A stretch of DNA of 64,000 bases from Azolla caroliniana (Eukaryota; Plantae; Polypodiophyta): positions 9,982,001 to 10,046,000 of the forward strand of contig JBHGNT010000006.1 of assembly GCA_043228905.1 (NCBI GenBank). The letters run 5' to 3'. Below the pieces are notes generated by a model. The model saw only the letters and a list, made by a program, of their open reading frames with translations, had not been told where the DNA came from and did not search any database. Positions 61,350-64,000 of the stretch are shown here, piece after piece. Every line of letters begins with the position of its first letter. The stretch's first letter is position 1. The translations under genes and the position numbers were made by a program.

Positions 61350-62449
61350 ATGTCTAATCGTTTTTGGGAAAAAGAAAACAATGTCTAATCGACACTTGTA
61401 TATATTTTTTTATTCTTTGTGGGTTTTCGCCTCACTTTGAGGTATGAATCGTGTTGACCCTTTCTATAAAACATGATACAGTCATATTTAAATCAATTGG
61501 TACCAAGAGTTGATAGACCAAAATGAGGCATACCAGTTCCTAGCCCTCTCGTGGAAAATGACTACAAGTAGTAGGAACTTTTCTATTTTGGTAATGTTCC
61601 CAATTGAGACCACGTGGTGTTCAACATGGTTTCAAGAATGCCTCTCTATCATGAGCTCCATCCCTTGGAAATACAAATTGAACAATCATTGTCAATACAT
61701 ATCTTCCCACTACTTGTGTTAGGATGGATGAACTCTCCCTAGAGAACCAAAAATGTGAGGATGCAAATTGTCCTTGCATTGATTTGATAACTAGATAGTT
61801 CAGAATCAAATATTTAGAATTTCAAATAGTTTTTACTAGCAATATTGATTGCAAATTATATGACTTAGAACCTTGAGGTAAGAGGTTTCAAGTTGAAGTT
61901 TTCTATGTTCACTACACCTTCAAGAAAATCAAACAAATAAGATGGGTTAAATGAAATCTAATTTGGATTCTCATTGCTCGAGATATGAAGGAAACTACTT
62001 TAGTTTGTCAAAATGAAGATGTGTGTTGATAAATGTGCTTCTATCTTTCTCCACATCTCCCTCCAGGGACTAGTAAATGCCTCATGATTCACCTTCTCAA
62101 GATTAGCTGGATGTGGATAAGACTCTCGATGCTTGTATGCCTCCCATCAACCACTACTTAAAGATTGATGTTGATGTCAACTGATTCCGACGTCATTGGG
62201 TCACCGACTTCGTTGTACCTCCACAAAGCTTAAAATTTCATGCGCAAATACTCTTTTGAATAACGCATTGTTTCTCAAACAATCATCTTTGAGGTTGTCA
62301 ATGTTTTTGTCAACTGAGGTGGGTAATGCACCAAGGCTAAACTGGTGGCTAACTCTTCCCCAGGAATCGATGGGGAGTCGTATGAAAATCAAATTCGTGT
62401 ACGGTTCTACTTCAACGTGCCACTACATGATACAGAGATCTTAAATGGC

Positions 62450-63000
62450 ACTTCAACTTCATTGTCACATTGCAACCTTGTCAAACCTCCAAAATGAATG
62501 CATGATGGGTCTTTTTCTTCCTCCCATTTGTAGAATGCAACCCCATTCTTTTTTAGTCCATGTCAATATCCAAAAATATTGCAACAAGACATAAGAAAAA
62601 TGGTCTTCTTCATTCTTTCCTCCAAATTACATATATGGGCTTCATCGGATATAATTGTAGCATAACCCTTAATCCCAAGCATAATCTTTCCTCAAAATCT
62701 CTCATTAAATTGCTTTATACTACATGCTCCAATTTCTATCTAATCAGTAAAATTCACTACTTCAAATCCACAACATCTTATATGTCGCTTCAATATGAGA
62801 AGGTAGATTTGTTCGTCCATACATCAAACACATCAATTGGAAAAGAGATCTAGTAATCCTTCTGGATAATTGAACAAGCCAAATTAGACTTGTGTCCAAT
62901 TGGGTTGAGGTCCCAGAGGTTTATTGTATACTCTGAAGGAGGGCATTGTGAATGGAGGACGATCCGGAAACCTCAAAGAAGATTATTGCGAGAGATAATC
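62450..63000 (-). pseudogene. Highly degenerate L1-like ORF2 3' fragment
   Basis: Minus-strand translation near 62640-62575 gives HICNLEE.NEEDHFF.C-like text across frameshifts, resembling the L1 C-terminal Cys/His finger. Confidence 0.3.
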
Positions 63001-63706
63001 GAACACAAAAATCAACTACTGTAGTGAGATTAGAAAAATGGAAAAGAATTAGAATCACCACTTGACAAACAAATCAAAGGTATCAAGGATCTACAATTGA
63101 GTTCGTCAAGCTGGAGAAAATTGGAAGCTTGAATCAACAAAACCTGAAGGAAGCCTGCAAAGTCTCTTGTGTGTGCGTGCGCGTGTTTCTCAACTTGGTT
63201 GCTTTTTTATTATTACAAAAAGCAGTCAAAGGGATGAAACACCCTAAAGTTATCTCCCGCCGCACCGTAGGGTTGAGTAGAACTCAACCCTCACCCTTCA
63301 TCCTTAACAAATTAGGCCACAACTACGCTTACGCGACGCGACCATTCCAAACTTATCTCTCAGAGTAGGATTATGCTCGTGACATGAAGCCGATCCTTCT
63401 CGAAGACCAGAATGCAAGAACGCAGGGAGCAGAAAAGAAAGAGAAGCAGAGAAAGCAAAACGCAAAAAGCAAAAATGAAAAAGCAAAAGAGTTTGAGAAG
63501 CTAGAATGATGAATCCTTAAGATATGTGTACTATGGAAGAAGCTTAGTCTCAAAGGAATTGGATCATTAAAAAATAAAAAGAGAGACCTCGTGTGTTTCC
63601 CTTCTCCCTTCTCTCTCACTCTCTGTTTTTGCTTTCAGTTATTTACACATATTCCTCTCCTCGCCTTCTCACAGAAAGACCAGTCTTTTTGCTCTTCTGG
63701 GTGGCT

Positions 63707-64000
63707 ATGGCTATGGCGGCCTCCTCCAGCTTCTCTGACATGGAGCTACTCATGGATCACAACATGACATTCCCTTCTTCTTCTTCCTTCCCTTCTCCTC
63801 ACTCGCCCAAGCGTAATGTGCAGGGAAGCGCACCTTCTTTCCCTCCACAGCAGACTGAGGAGGAGTTAGCAGGAGGAGACCAGCATCTTGATCCTTCCAT
63901 CGCTAATCTCCACCTTTCTTCCTCGCTAGCCTCCCTTTCTCTTTCTTTCTCCCCTGTTCTGGCCTTCTCTTCCCCTTCTGCCTCAAAGCTTCAGAGGGGC
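63707..64000 (+). CDS. Probable first coding exon of an unidentified host gene, runs off the window
   Basis: 98 open codons MAMAASSSFSDMELLMDHNMTFPSSSSF... after a CT-rich 5'UTR-like tract at 63590-63700. No domain recognised. Confidence 0.5.
   Translation, partial: MAMAASSSFSDMELLMDHNMTFPSSSSFPSPHSPKRNVQGSAPSFPPQQTEEELAGGDQHLDPSIANLHLSSSLASLSLSFSPVLAFSSPSASKLQRG

Overview
Eukaryotic, land-plant-like, transposon-dense window. It has spliceosomal introns, TTTAGGG motifs and tRNA-iMet-primed Copia/Gypsy elements; a seed-free plant is plausible but is my inference. Only one complete host gene is supported: a 4-exon GDSL/SGNH esterase-lipase on the minus strand (13177-10360, 427 aa). A probable first exon of another gene starts at 63707. 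The rest is nested and decayed mobile DNA: a non-chromoviral Gypsy (2810-~10133) whose LTR carries a 5'-truncated L1, a single-ORF RTE-type LINE, a small LTR element holding a chromovirus and a Copia, a truncated sister chromovirus in a (TACA)n field, a Copia-in-Copia nest, a hAT pseudo-transposase interrupted by a TRIM, and a young Copia. Most interesting observations: (1) a candidate -1 ribosomal frameshift cassette (G_GAU_UUU, 6-nt spacer, H-type pseudoknot) between protease and RT of the Gypsy; (2) an orphan coiled-coil ORF family present twice beside LTR sequence; (3) a 56-nt-periodic hairpin array in a chromovirus leader; (4) tRNA-like A/B boxes in several LTRs; (5) a TRIM with a 4-bp TSD and tRNA-Ala-like PBS; (6) selective gutting of 5' LTRs; (7) a GDSL enzyme lacking the block III Asn. 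All calls are by eye, with no database searches.
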